Assembly: GCA_963777505.1 (NCBI GenBank) | Contig: CAVZQN010000008.1 | Coordinates: 1-64,000 of the forward strand | From: an uncultured bacterium | GTDB taxonomy: Bacteria; Acidobacteriota; HRBIN11; JAKEFK01 | Length of the DNA stretch: 64,000 bases | Direction: 5' to 3' | Shown here: piece by piece, positions 30,166 through 41,324 of the stretch | How the letters are laid out: the number at the start of each line of letters is the position of its first letter | Numbering within the stretch: the first letter of the stretch is position 1 | The notes under the pieces: generated by a model | Told to the model about the DNA's origin: nothing | Database searches by the model: none | What the model saw: the letters and a program-made list of their open reading frames with translations, nothing else | Translations under genes and position numbers: made by a program

Positions 30166-32508
30166 TCAATCCAGATCTACGGTCCAGATTCCACGCCCAA
30201 ATGTTCCTACTAAGAGCGTAGAAGATCCCTGAAGAAAGGTAAGATCCTGTGCGGCGGCTGTAATTGGAGCCCGAATTGCGGTCCATTTTTGGCCGCTATC
30301 GTTGGTGATATAAACGCCGACTTCTGTTCCGGCAACAATCGTATTTGGTTTTTGTGGATGTTGAACGATTGACCAGATTGGCGCCTTCGGTAATGCAGTC
30401 GAGCCTTGTCCGCTTGCGGTGCGCCAATTCGTTCCGCCGTTGTCGGTACGCCATACATTATCGGGACTAAATCCGCCGAATGAGACAAACGCACGACGTC
30501 TATTTGAGGAGTCGATGACAATACGAGTGTTATAACGATTCGGTAACGGATTTCGCGAAGCATTATCATCGATTGTTAACCAATTGGGTGTTGATGAAGT
30601 TCCATTTCTTGTTCGAAATAAACGTCCATCATTGTGTCCAACCCAAATATCGTTGGAGTCGCCTTTTGCTATAGCAATCGCACTAATGAGCCGGCTATCA
30701 TCGCCTAGAAATGCAATGGGCAAAGGACGCTTGATTGCAACCCATTTTGCGCGCTGCCCGACATCATGTGTAGCATTTCGGACATTTTCACTACGCCAGA
30801 GAGAAGCACCACCTCCAAGCATTCGTGATGTTTTGTTCGGATCAAGCACAACAGGCGCCTGAAAATTTGCAACGATCATGTTGCTTGACGGATTGCTATC
30901 AGGCAAATCGTTAGTTAACCCGATTAATCCATTCGGTTGAAGACGCGAAATCCATAGAAATTGGCCGCATCCATATTGGTAACGAGGATCACTTGGATCT
31001 ATTAACGCACAAACGCCGTCTCCACCCATTTCCAAAACCGATCGATTCGATCCTATTTGACTTCGAATCATTCCCCGATCTTGTGTACCGCCTAAAATCG
31101 GCCCTCCATTAGCATGACCGGCAACAGCGTAATACTCTGTCGTTTGCATTCCACGATCGAGACTCGCTGCAACACGTGGACCTAAAGGTTTCGCTTGCAC
31201 ATCATCAATCCGATCGATTCCACCATCATTTAATAGATAAACGATCCGATTGCTGGCACCGTTATATTTAGGATCCGCAACAGCAGCTTGAAAATCCAGG
31301 TGTCCAATGTCGCGATTTCTGGTATCCGAATAATCGATTCGCTCCCAACTCACGCCACCATCACGGCTCCGTCCAAGAGATACACCACCTGCCAGTAGCA
31401 GATTCGGATCATTTGGCGATACCCATATCATGGTTGCCCAGGAAACAAATCCAAATTCAAAACCAGACAATCGTTGCACAAACGATGTCCCGCCATCATC
31501 AGATCGATAAACTCCTTCGCGTGAAATTGCATACGCAATTTGAGGTTGCGATTTGGAGTATGCAATTTCATATCGTGTAAATTGCGTAGTACCCACTCCG
31601 CTTGACCGGTGCCAGGTCAGACCGCCATCATCAGAATACATAACTCTTACATCGTTATTTGGAAATAGACCTTCGCGAACCGACAAAAGCACTCTTGATC
31701 CACTGCCAGGTTGAAATGTAATTGTGGACGGAGTGTAAAAATTCCCTTGAAGCACGCGACTCCAGGATTGTCCGGCGTTTGTTGAATGATATACACCGGG
31801 ATGAGTTGTGGATTCGGGATCAGCTACTGCTGCAATGAGATGATTCGAATTTGTTGGTGAGATAGCGATGGAGGGAACATATCTCCAATTCCGAGTCGCG
31901 GAAAGCCGTACCCATGTTTCGCCGCCATCGTTCGTTACATAGATACCTGCACCTGGACCTCCACTGTGAAAGCGTTCACCGGTTCCAAAATATAGACGTT
32001 CAGGATTTCGTGGATCAATTACCAGGCAACCCGCGGGAAGTCCTAACCGATCCACTAACGGACGCCAACTTGTGCCTCCATCTTCACTTTTCCAAAGACC
32101 GCCTGACCCTGCTGCAGCCCATAACGTGCGCGAATCTTGAGGATGGATTACTAATGAGCGTGCACGCCCACCACGATCAAATGGACCTCTAGCGGTCCAG
32201 ATTGGCGCAGATACAACACTGAGATCGCTGCGATTATTAAATTCCAAATTCGCATCAAGTTGACGCAATGCTTCAATACGTCCGTCAAATGGAATGCGCC
32301 CTTGCTCATCGCGCATCACCCGCTCGCGCCATCGTGAGGCGGCTTCAGGACCTTCCTCACGTTCAGAGGATGAGTCCGTTTCTCCGGATGAACTTCGAAA
32401 TTCAGATTGATGACTACAGGAAAAAGCGAACAAAACAAAAATGAATGCGATCAGAGAAAAATCCCATTTCATGTGAAAAAACGGTATTTTCGTCATCAAT
32501 TCCTTCAC
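30166..32508 (-). CDS. Secreted/lipoprotein BNR (Asp-box) repeat beta-propeller, sortilin/GH74-like
   Basis: Lipobox-like LFAFSC; repeated SxDGGxxW motifs; C-terminal VGTFGRGIW. Confidence 0.8.
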   Translation of the reverse strand: MKELMTKIPFFHMKWDFSLIAFIFVLFAFSCSHQSEFRSSSGETDSSSEREEGPEAASRWRERVMRDEQGRIPFDGRIEALRQLDANLEFNNRSDLSVVSAPIWTARGPFDRGGRARSLVIHPQDSRTLWAAAGSGGLWKSEDGGTSWRPLVDRLGLPAGCLVIDPRNPERLYFGTGERFHSGGPGAGIYVTNDGGETWVRLSATRNWRYVPSIAISPTNSNHLIAAVADPESTTHPGVYHSTNAGQSWSRVLQGNFYTPSTITFQPGSGSRVLLSVREGLFPNNDVRVMYSDDGGLTWHRSSGVGTTQFTRYEIAYSKSQPQIAYAISREGVYRSDDGGTSFVQRLSGFEFGFVSWATMIWVSPNDPNLLLAGGVSLGRSRDGGVSWERIDYSDTRNRDIGHLDFQAAVADPKYNGASNRIVYLLNDGGIDRIDDVQAKPLGPRVAASLDRGMQTTEYYAVAGHANGGPILGGTQDRGMIRSQIGSNRSVLEMGGDGVCALIDPSDPRYQYGCGQFLWISRLQPNGLIGLTNDLPDSNPSSNMIVANFQAPVVLDPNKTSRMLGGGASLWRSENVRNATHDVGQRAKWVAIKRPLPIAFLGDDSRLISAIAIAKGDSNDIWVGHNDGRLFRTRNGTSSTPNWLTIDDNASRNPLPNRYNTRIVIDSSNRRRAFVSFGGFSPDNVWRTDNGGTNWRTASGQGSTALPKAPIWSIVQHPQKPNTIVAGTEVGVYITNDSGQKWTAIRAPITAAAQDLTFLQGSSTLLVGTFGRGIWTVDLD

Positions 32509-32585
32509 ACTGATGTGAATTTTTGAGCATTAGTATTTCGTGACATTTTGCTGGAGCTATCCAGGAGTGGGCGGCGTAGAGAAAA

Positions 32586-33155
32586 TTATTCAGACTTTGA
32601 GCCGGTGAAGTGATCCTCTTTATCCTTAAACAGGACATTGAAAGTTGTGAGAGTTCCGTAACAACGCGTAATGTACTGCTGAAGCGAAACTTTTTCGGCG
32701 TCATTTAACTTTTCGTTCGAATTAATTTGTTGTTCCAAAACTCGAAGGCGATCGCGAAGCATTACTATTTTGTGAAAAAATATTTCGATTGGAACTTCTT
32801 TTTCCTGGGTTCCTGGTTTTCCGGGACGCATAATCAAAGTACCGCCTTGCCAACGATCACCGATTTGCGAAGATCCCGTTTCCATTTCTTCACGGACAAC
32901 CGAACGGATAAAGGCGCGAAGTTCATCTTCCGGCACTGTGAACTCTCGATTTAAGCTTGGCGCAGCATCTCCACGTAAAGCTCGTAACGGTGCGGCGGGA
33001 ACGGCTTGTGGGGGCCTGTAATTGCGGGAAGTCTGGCAATAGGTGCAATTTACGCGATCGATTGTGCCATCGGGTGCCAGCGAATCAATCCTGCAGCGGC
33101 GGCTCACTTTACATTGTCCACACCATGCTTCAACTTCCTGTCCAACTTCGTACAT
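32586..33155 (-). CDS. Conserved hypothetical protein with N-terminal zinc ribbon
   Basis: CGQC...CTYC; KIVMLRDRLRVLEQQINS...YITRCYGTLTTFN. Confidence 0.7.
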   Translation of the reverse strand: MYEVGQEVEAWCGQCKVSRRCRIDSLAPDGTIDRVNCTYCQTSRNYRPPQAVPAAPLRALRGDAAPSLNREFTVPEDELRAFIRSVVREEMETGSSQIGDRWQGGTLIMRPGKPGTQEKEVPIEIFFHKIVMLRDRLRVLEQQINSNEKLNDAEKVSLQQYITRCYGTLTTFNVLFKDKEDHFTGSKSE

Positions 33156-33158
33156 GAA

Positions 33159-34007
33159 TCACTCCTTCGAAACTGCTTCGGAATTCCAAATTTCATTTGC
33201 GAGATCTGAGATCAGCTTGTAGCCATCTTCTTCCTTCTTTACCCCACGTGTCATGATCACCATGATCCAGCGATTTCCTTTTTTATCTTGAATGATTGCA
33301 GAATCATGATTGATTTCAGTAATCCATCCATCTTTACTTGCGACTTTTAATCCTTTCTCTTTTGCCTTCAGTCCATTATGAATTCCGGCAAGTGATGTCT
33401 GCGATAACAGAATATTGATCATTTGATTGCGCGATGTGTCTTTGAAAATCTTGGGATCCAAGATTGCTTTATAGCACATTCCAAGAGCTCGGGCGGAAGT
33501 TCGATTGTTTTTACCGGCTTCATACGCTTTTATATCTTCTACACCGCGAAGAACCAGCATATCCTTTGCGCCAATTTCTTCCATCAGTTTATTAACGTTT
33601 TCTGGCTTCACAATTGAAATCACAATATTTGTTGCAAGATTGCTGCTCTTATTAATCATTCTCACTATCAAATCCCGCACGGTCATTGGCTGGCCAATGA
33701 GATTGTAAATTTCTTTATCGCTATCTTCTTCGGGTGTCAGGGAATAAGGTGAACCATCCTGAATACTTATGAACTCATTTTTTATTGTCACCGAAGCATC
33801 AAGGCTCAGTTCATTTTTTTCTGACTGTCTGAATGCTTCCATCATGACAGGCACTTTCATAGTGCTGGCAGCATGGAAAACTTCATCAGCATTATGTTGA
33901 AAGACACTCCCGTCAGGACGTTCAAAATAGATACCGATTGATTGCGCTCCGTATTGCTGTGGAAGCGCGCTCAACCACAAAGCAACAAACAGTAAGAATA
34001 TTTTCAT
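33159..34007 (-). CDS. Serine hydrolase, class A beta-lactamase-like fold
   Basis: Signal peptide; STMK, SSN and KDG (variant of KTG). Confidence 0.8.
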   Translation of the reverse strand: MKIFLLFVALWLSALPQQYGAQSIGIYFERPDGSVFQHNADEVFHAASTMKVPVMMEAFRQSEKNELSLDASVTIKNEFISIQDGSPYSLTPEEDSDKEIYNLIGQPMTVRDLIVRMINKSSNLATNIVISIVKPENVNKLMEEIGAKDMLVLRGVEDIKAYEAGKNNRTSARALGMCYKAILDPKIFKDTSRNQMINILLSQTSLAGIHNGLKAKEKGLKVASKDGWITEINHDSAIIQDKKGNRWIMVIMTRGVKKEEDGYKLISDLANEIWNSEAVSKE

Positions 34008-36745
34008 GGTTTTAGGTAAAACATTTCATCTGCCGGCCGTACTGGACGAGTAAGCCACAGCGGACGTCTTAGATTATCCGGGCCTGGTCCCGGACGAGTC
34101 ATTGCAAGCCATTCTTTGTATATCGCAAACGACTTATTGGTATCAACAAAAATATCGCCATAGCGATCTTCATCGGTTGTTTTTTCAAGACGAACCTTTT
34201 GGTGCCAGCAATGCATTCCACTGATCGGATCAGGATGGACAGGAAACGTTAAGTTTTGATGAACGCCACCATCGCTCCACCAGATGCGCGATGAATCGGG
34301 ATCTTCACTTTTAAATGGCTTAACGCCTTCTAGTTGTCTTATTTTGTAAGCTCCATTTCCATTGTCTTCAATTTTCACAAGCGCAGACGCCCAACGGCTT
34401 CCTTGATCTTGTTCCAATCGCCAGCGTCCCATATGATGCGAACAAGCAAGCACTCCCGGACGAATTCCTTCAGTGCTCCAAACGCGATTTACAAAGTAAC
34501 CAATTTCGGTATGAGCTTTCACAAGATCGCCATCCTTTAAACCAAGCCGATGCGCATCCGATGTATGCATCCAAATTGGATTTCGATGTGAAATTTCAGT
34601 CAACCATTTCGCATTACCTGAGCGCGTATGAATCATGGTTGGAAGTCGAAAAGTTGGAATTAAGAAAAATTCATTCTTTGCAGAATCGACATTATCACGC
34701 GTTATATGACTGCGAATGTACATTGGAATCGTATACTCAGGCCAATTCCATGTTTTCATCGTTGGCGAGTAAAACTCAAGCTTTCGTGAAGGAGTTGGAA
34801 AACCACGATAAATCTGTTCACCAATTTTTATGCCGACTGACGCTTTTCCTTTTTTAACGATTCCACTTTCAGGAATGACTTCGCAATCATCCGGTGCAAC
34901 CGGCGTTAAATGCTGTTGATATACGTCTTCTTGAATTTCAAATGCGCCATATTTCCTCATGTATTCAAGAGGCGCAAGTCCTTCTTTGGCTGATTTCTCC
35001 GGAAGTCCAGGAACTGAATTTTCAAAAATCCATCGATAATATTCATCGACTCTTAGCTTTCGGCCTGATTCATAAGGTGATTCAAAATATTTTCGGATGC
35101 CAAGATCGCCAGTTGGATCGATATGCCATGACAATTCGATCCAGAATTCATCTTCTTCCCAAACTTTGCCGGGGTTTGCTTCATATGTGAAATTTACTTT
35201 TTCTCCCATCCGTTCTTTTGCGACACGCATTACAGGCTGTCTGAATGAAACCCAGCGTCCTGCATGTGTTTCCTGACTTTGAATATCATGACGTTCACCG
35301 GCATGTCCCATTGGCAAAACGTAATCAGCAAACAGCGCAGTTTCACTCCAGGTTGGTGTAAGGGCTATATGAAGTCCAACTTTGGATTCATCTTTCAGCA
35401 TCTCCATCCATGAAAACCCATCGGGATTTGTCCAGACAGGATTGTAAACGCGCGTAAAGTAGACTTCGAGGTGGCCGCGTCCTTCTTTCAGGAAATGTGG
35501 AAGCAAGAAACTCATTTCATAATGAGAAAGCGGATACTCATCAGGAAATAAAAGTTGATTCCAAAACTTTTGACCAGGCGGTTCAAGCCAGAATGTGGGA
35601 TTGTATTTTGTCCATGTATTTGGAAGTACACCACCAAGCGTTCCGATACTGCCTGTTAATACGTGTAAAAACTCAAGACAGCGTGCTACATTCCAACCGC
35701 CTAAATTTCCAGATGCAGTACTTCGCCAGATATGGGCAGCAAATGAACTTCCTGCACGCGCGATCTCACGCGCAATCTTTACTGTTGTTGCGGCTGGAAT
35801 TCCTGATTCTCTTTCAGCATAAGCCGGCGTGAATTCGGAATAAACTTTTTTGATTGCAGTAATGAAATTTTCAAATGTTGGTTCCGATTCAGAATGTTCC
35901 GCCTTGAGATACTCCTGCCAGTTGACCCAATCTCTCACGAAATTGCGATCGTACAATTCCTCTTCGAGCAAAACATTTGCGATTGCCAGCAGTAAGGCAG
36001 ATTCAGTTCCAGGATATGAGGGAAGCCAGTAGTCCGCCATCGAAGCAGTATTAGAAAGACGTGGATCGATGACTGCGAGCTTTGCGCCAGCCATTTTGGC
36101 TTCAATGATACGTTGTGCATGTGGATTGAAATAGTGTCCTGATTCAAGATGAGCACTTAGCAACAAAATGAATCGTGCATTTGCATAATCTGGTGATGGA
36201 CGATCTGATCCTTGCCAGAGTTGATAACCAAGCCGCGCAGATGATGAACAAATGTTTGTGTGGCTATTATGCCCATCGATGCCCCACGCTTTCAGCACAC
36301 GATCCATGTAACGTTCATGACCGGGACGACCGACATGATACATAATTTCATTTTGACGTCCCTCACGCATTGCGGTGGAAATTCGCGATCCAATGTCTTC
36401 AAGCACTTCATGCCAATCAACACGTGTCCACTTCCCTTCACCACGTTTTCCTGCGCGCTTCAAGGGATAGAGAATGCGTTCTGGATCCTTGATTTGATTG
36501 ATTGTAGCCGGACCTTTCGCACAATTTTTGCCGCGGCTACCCGGATGAATTGGATTGCCTTCAAACTTCTGAATCTGCATTGTGTCTTTGTCTACATAAG
36601 CAAGCAATCCACATGCAGCTTCGCAATTGAAACAAATTGTGGGGACGAGTGTGTAACGCCGCTGAACTTTACGCGGCCATGCCTTCGCGTCTAATTCAAC
36701 CCAATCATCCCATTTTTCAACTGGCGGATAATCTTTTAATTCCAT
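34004..36745 (-). CDS. Molybdopterin-dependent oxidoreductase catalytic subunit (no Tat signal)
   Basis: CFNCEAAC...C FS0 motif; HTNICSS; ADYVLP; C-terminal binding domain. Confidence 0.88.
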   Translation of the reverse strand: MELKDYPPVEKWDDWVELDAKAWPRKVQRRYTLVPTICFNCEAACGLLAYVDKDTMQIQKFEGNPIHPGSRGKNCAKGPATINQIKDPERILYPLKRAGKRGEGKWTRVDWHEVLEDIGSRISTAMREGRQNEIMYHVGRPGHERYMDRVLKAWGIDGHNSHTNICSSSARLGYQLWQGSDRPSPDYANARFILLLSAHLESGHYFNPHAQRIIEAKMAGAKLAVIDPRLSNTASMADYWLPSYPGTESALLLAIANVLLEEELYDRNFVRDWVNWQEYLKAEHSESEPTFENFITAIKKVYSEFTPAYAERESGIPAATTVKIAREIARAGSSFAAHIWRSTASGNLGGWNVARCLEFLHVLTGSIGTLGGVLPNTWTKYNPTFWLEPPGQKFWNQLLFPDEYPLSHYEMSFLLPHFLKEGRGHLEVYFTRVYNPVWTNPDGFSWMEMLKDESKVGLHIALTPTWSETALFADYVLPMGHAGERHDIQSQETHAGRWVSFRQPVMRVAKERMGEKVNFTYEANPGKVWEEDEFWIELSWHIDPTGDLGIRKYFESPYESGRKLRVDEYYRWIFENSVPGLPEKSAKEGLAPLEYMRKYGAFEIQEDVYQQHLTPVAPDDCEVIPESGIVKKGKASVGIKIGEQIYRGFPTPSRKLEFYSPTMKTWNWPEYTIPMYIRSHITRDNVDSAKNEFFLIPTFRLPTMIHTRSGNAKWLTEISHRNPIWMHTSDAHRLGLKDGDLVKAHTEIGYFVNRVWSTEGIRPGVLACSHHMGRWRLEQDQGSRWASALVKIEDNGNGAYKIRQLEGVKPFKSEDPDSSRIWWSDGGVHQNLTFPVHPDPISGMHCWHQKVRLEKTTDEDRYGDIFVDTNKSFAIYKEWLAMTRPGPGPDNLRRPLWLTRPVRPADEMFYLKP

Positions 36746-36779
36746 AATTTTTTACCACAAAGGCTCAGAGTCTCGGCGG

Positions 36780-38256
36780 TTAAGAAAGCGGGACAACTTG
36801 TCCGGCTTTCACCCACACCTTTTCGTAAAGCAAGAGTCCGATCATCGCGACCAAACCGGATAAGCCGATTTCATGAAACAGGAGTCCAATGAAGGGCAGG
36901 ACGATTCCGATCAGAATCCCGCCGATCCAAAACAAATTATTTTTCTTCATATATTTGGCAGCGATTTTTGCATCTTGAGTTGAATGCACGGCTGTCAAAT
37001 CGAACAAAATTATCAATGCGTGAACCGCAAGCGAAACCATCAGGATCATACGAATATGCGGTGTTGCATCATTCAAAACGCACATGCAAGCTGCGCCCGC
37101 CAAACCGGCCATCACTAATAGATGAACACTAAATAGCGGACTTTGCCAGAAGTCACGTCCTTTTGCTTGTCCAAATAAAAATGCGCTGTAGACAGCAGAC
37201 GCTGCGCCGAATAACGCTGTCAAAGGAATTAGCAGACTGCATAATATTTCTGAAAGGCACAAGCACTTCAAATAAAAAACATAACGAAACTAATCCACCG
37301 AATCCCATCAGAATGAAAGCGCCACGCGTTAGCCAGCTTCTCCATTGAGGGCGTAACACAATCCAATGGAATCGTGCAGGCTGTTTTAAATCGCTGATCA
37401 AGAGAACTGTTGTTAAAACAAGAAAGAAAAGTGAAGCGATGATTTCCAGAGTTGTAAACCTTAATGTGCCGGTGATCGCGCTGATCAGCAATGCGACCAA
37501 AGGAATGCCGGCTGAGATTGACTTCGTCCAAAGATACGCAGCTACAGGAAAGCCCCAGGAATCAGTGTGAGATTGTCCTTGATCATAAACGCGCCGCGCT
37601 TCCGATTCAGCTTCCTCGAGTCGTGGAGGCGCAATTTGATATACACGTTTAGGAATTTCACTCCATAAATATCCTTCTGGAGTTGTTGAATATGTTGGAT
37701 TTAATGAAGCTTCATCGCCTTCGATGTAATACACCTGTGGATTGGTTCCTTTTTCAGGTTTGCGTACTTGTACTGGAAGCCGTGCGAGCATTTGCGCGAT
37801 CTCGGTTCCAGAATCCTCCATATCACCTGCAATGATTGCATGTTCAGGACAGACTGTAACGCAAGGTGGCTGCAATTCAACAGCAACGCGATGTGCGCAA
37901 TAATTGCATTTCGCTGCGGTATTCGTGTCAGGATTCAGGTAAATCGCATCATATGGACACGCCTGCATACATGCTTTGCAGCCGATACAGCGATCACCGT
38001 CAAAATCCACGATGCCATCTTTCCGTTTCCACAATGCAGTCACAGGGCAAATTTCAACGCATGGCGCATCTGCACAATGGTTGCATCGTTGGACTGAGAA
38101 AACCCGGCGCGTATTCGGGAACGTGCCTTTTTCGATGTATTTTACCCAGGTTCGATTCACGCCAATCGGAAGATCATGCTCCTGCTTGCAAGCAACTGTG
38201 CAGGCATGACATCCGATACATTTCCGGTTATCGATGATAAATCCAAAATTGGTCAT
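36780..38256 (-). CDS. 4Fe-4S dicluster protein fused to NrfD/PsrC membrane anchor (frameshift near 37200-37270)
   Basis: CIGCHAC, CNHCADAPC, CIGCKAC and CNYC motifs, then WGFPVAAYLWTK...DLKQPARF...SWLTRG; TM tail in ORF 36780..37271. Confidence 0.85.
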
Positions 38257-38307
38257 GAATGCATTATAGATTTGATCGTTGATCAGACAAAGATATATAC
38301 TCAGTAT

Positions 38308-38997
38308 ATGAAATCTTTAAGATTCCTAGCACTACTCTGGCTATTTTCGTTTCCTGCCTTTGCTGGCGTATCAGAGATAGTCGTAGAGAACGGCCGAATC
38401 ACGGCAAGTTTTACGTCACAGCCGTTAAGTGAGGCCATTGAAATTATTAGAAAACAGAGTGGTGTCCATATTTCGGTCGATGAGGCAGTCGCCAATGAAA
38501 GTGTTTCAGCCAATTTCAAAGATTTGCCGCTCGCGATTGGAATCAAAAAACTTTTGGAAGGAACGGGAATCAATTACGCAGTTATCGCAGGCGCTGATGG
38601 AATTCCAAGCGCTGTTCTTATTAGTGGAAGTGAAAAGCCTGGTGCGCCACCCAAGAAACTTGATACCCGTCCGACTTCATCTCCAGGTGGATATCAGTCG
38701 CGAGGTGTTGTAACTCCTGTAAATCCAGCGCCACCACCGCAGCAACCAGCACCGGCTCCATCGAAACAAACGAAACAGCCTCAAGCAGGAAACGCTTCGC
38801 CGAATCCGAATCCAAATCCAAATCAGCCTCAGCCTTTTCAACCGGCTATGCCAAAGTTTGATCCGAATAATGTTCCAACAGGGGGCACGCTTGTTCCAAG
38901 CGCAACGCCGACAATGCCGCCACCCGACAATAATGTAGACCCTCGTACTAACGTGAATCAAAACGCGGAAGATGACGAGGATGACGAAGAAGAATAA
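38308..38997 (+). CDS. Secreted protein with STN/secretin-N-like domain and Pro/Gln-rich acidic tail
   Basis: Signal peptide; PLSEAIEIIRKQSGV...VSANFKDLPL...LL. Confidence 0.6.
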   Translation: MKSLRFLALLWLFSFPAFAGVSEIVVENGRITASFTSQPLSEAIEIIRKQSGVHISVDEAVANESVSANFKDLPLAIGIKKLLEGTGINYAVIAGADGIPSAVLISGSEKPGAPPKKLDTRPTSSPGGYQSRGVVTPVNPAPPPQQPAPAPSKQTKQPQAGNASPNPNPNPNQPQPFQPAMPKFDPNNVPTGGTLVPSATPTMPPPDNNVDPRTNVNQNAEDDEDDEEE

Positions 38998-39000
38998 GTC

Positions 39001-40264
39001 CTAGAACCGAATCCAATCCAATAAAGTTGAATCCTTTCCATTGAATGCTGTTTTCTTAATGTAAGAACGTAGCATTTCACTTTTGTTTGAAAGATGAATC
39101 GGCAGTGAAGTCGGCTTGAATTGGCTTTTACGTTGTAATGCGGTTTCAATCAGTTCTTGATATTTTTCCAGCATTTGGTCCGGACGATGATGCGATTGCA
39201 TGTAGCTGCGAGCCCTGTGCCCCGATCCTTGCACGCAATTTTGGATCTTCAATCAATTGCCAGAGATGTTGAAATAATTCCACCTTTTCATTTTCAGGAC
39301 GAATCCTGATGACACAATCGTTTGGAATTTCCATCAAATGTTTTAAGCGGCTCATCAACACAGGCTTGCCAAGAGCCATAGCGCGCAAAAGTGTCGCTGA
39401 CATTTCTCTTGCGGTTGGATAACGCAAATTGATAATGATGTCGGCTTGCTGCATCAAACGATGAAACTCTTCCTTACTTGTGTGCCCTCGAATTACAACG
39501 ATGTCCTGCAATTTCCTTGCGACAATTTCTTCGCGAAGATCATAGTGTTCAGCAACTTTACCAACAACTTCATATCGAAGTTTCGGATAAAACTGCCGGA
39601 GTTCTTGAAGAACTTTAAGTACGGATGAAATCCGTTTTTCTGGTGTAACAAAACCAAATGAAGCAATTGTTACTTCATCGTGACTCGTATTGTGAGTGTT
39701 TTCAGCAACGCTGACAGCCATCGGAATTTTGATCGCTGGTACACCGAACTTTTGGAGTTGTGTAACACCCCAATCCGTATGCGCACCTACACTAAGGGAA
39801 TTTTCAGCAACTAATCGTAAAAAGGGGAACGAATACAAAAGCGAATCGCTTCCCATTCCTGTGGGCACAAGTTCTGAAACGACGGGCTCTTCAGAGTGCA
39901 CGTATTTCGCTTCTTCTCGATATTCATCAAATAATCCCCGTTGAAGCAACATTTTTGCGCGTGAATGATGAAGACAAAGATCATGAAAAACCGTTGCTCC
40001 TGGAAATTGAAATAAATAACCGTACATCGGCTCATGCAGCAATGCATTTCCGAGTTGATATAAATTCAAATCATAAGGATGGCGGCGATTGCGGAATAAG
40101 AAATCGCCATGTGGGTAAACATTTTCTCGATCGAGATCAATGTTGTGGAAAACGTCGATGTCGTAATGTTTGCGTAATAAAGGAAGGAGTTCTTCATCGT
40201 AATCGGAAATACCCGATGAAATTGGATTTAATGGACCGAAAAACGCGATTCGTTTTTTGTGCAC
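39001..40264 (-). CDS. Glycosyltransferase family 4 (frameshift near 39200)
   Basis: SGISDY, YQLGN, FGFVTPEKR, INLRYPT..EMSATLLRAMALGKP. Confidence 0.85.
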
Positions 40265-40265
40265 T

Positions 40266-41324
40266 TTAACCACAGCAAAAGGCACTGAGCAAAGTATCCA
40301 GAGCTGTATCCCAATTGATGAATTGAATCCGCTGTCTGCCTGCCTCACCGCGTCGTTTTGCTTCTGCTTGATTTGTCAAAGCTTGCTGAATCGAAACGGC
40401 AATTGCTTGCGGATCAGGATCACTCACCCAACCGGTTGTATCATCTACAAACTCTAGGATCCCGCCGGAATCGTTGCATGTAATCACAGGCTTTGAGGCG
40501 TAAAAAGCTTCTAATGTCGCATAACCATAATCTTCGCCAACCGGTCCATAAAAAAGAGCGCCGGCCTGGGAATAATATTGAATCAATTCATCGCGTGAAA
40601 TTGCGCCGGTAAAAACAATCCGATCCGAAACTTTATGCACGCCCGCGAGCCATTCATATTCTTTTCGTAAATAACCGTCACCAACAATGACAGCTTTATA
40701 ATCAGATGAAACATATTGCATCGCTTCTATTAACAATTTCACCCGTTTATTTCCTTCAAGTCGCGACACACTTAAGACAAATTTATCCATAGATGAAAAA
40801 TGAAACTTTTCAGCATCATCCAGCGGCGGATAAATCGGAGTGCTGTCAAAATTATTAAAGTTTTTCAGGCGTTTGGAAACTGTTTTTGAAATTGAAAAAA
40901 TTTTCTGGGTTTCGGAAAATGCAAGATGATCCAGTTCGATTAATTGATCACGGACTTGCACATGATTTGAAGTGGCCTGGAATCCTGAATAAATCGTATC
41001 GTGAAGATCGTAAATTTCTCTATATTGGTGAACAAGCCAGACGATCTTACGTTTATGAGGAACCATATACGATGGAAATTTGGTTCCGATAACCAGATCG
41101 ATTTCATCGTTGTAGATTCGATCCAGATTTAACAAACGCCATGCGAGACAACCTTTGACAACTTCTTCAACCGGTAACGTTTGCAATGGCAGCTGCACAT
41201 TTTCCACTTCATAGGATCTGGCGCGAAGCCGGTTCACAAGATTTTGTGTGAAATACTCTGCTCCGCCTTTTACAAAAGGGATTTGAACAGAGCACACGCA
41301 AATTTTTCGGATTGGCGGCATCAC
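40266..41324 (-). CDS. Glycosyltransferase family 4
   Basis: GGAE, TKFPSY, EDYGYATLEAF. Confidence 0.88.
   Translation of the reverse strand: MMPPIRKICVCSVQIPFVKGGAEYFTQNLVNRLRARSYEVENVQLPLQTLPVEEVVKGCLAWRLLNLDRIYNDEIDLVIGTKFPSYMVPHKRKIVWLVHQYREIYDLHDTIYSGFQATSNHVQVRDQLIELDHLAFSETQKIFSISKTVSKRLKNFNNFDSTPIYPPLDDAEKFHFSSMDKFVLSVSRLEGNKRVKLLIEAMQYVSSDYKAVIVGDGYLRKEYEWLAGVHKVSDRIVFTGAISRDELIQYYSQAGALFYGPVGEDYGYATLEAFYASKPVITCNDSGGILEFVDDTTGWVSDPDPQAIAVSIQQALTNQAEAKRRGEAGRQRIQFINWDTALDTLLSAFCCG

Noticed and set aside
33159-34007. Bona fide antibiotic-resistance beta-lactamase
   Set aside because: KDG instead of KTG, SSN instead of SDN and a housekeeping context; only the fold can be called.
34004-36745. 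Selenocysteine in the molybdoenzyme, given selB nearby
   Set aside because: The ORF is uninterrupted with no in-frame UGA; no tRNA-Sec or SECIS recognised in the window.
25342-38237. Numerous 60-140 aa antisense or overlapping ORFs in the ORF track
   Set aside because: They are shadows of well-supported genes on the opposite strand with no independent motifs.
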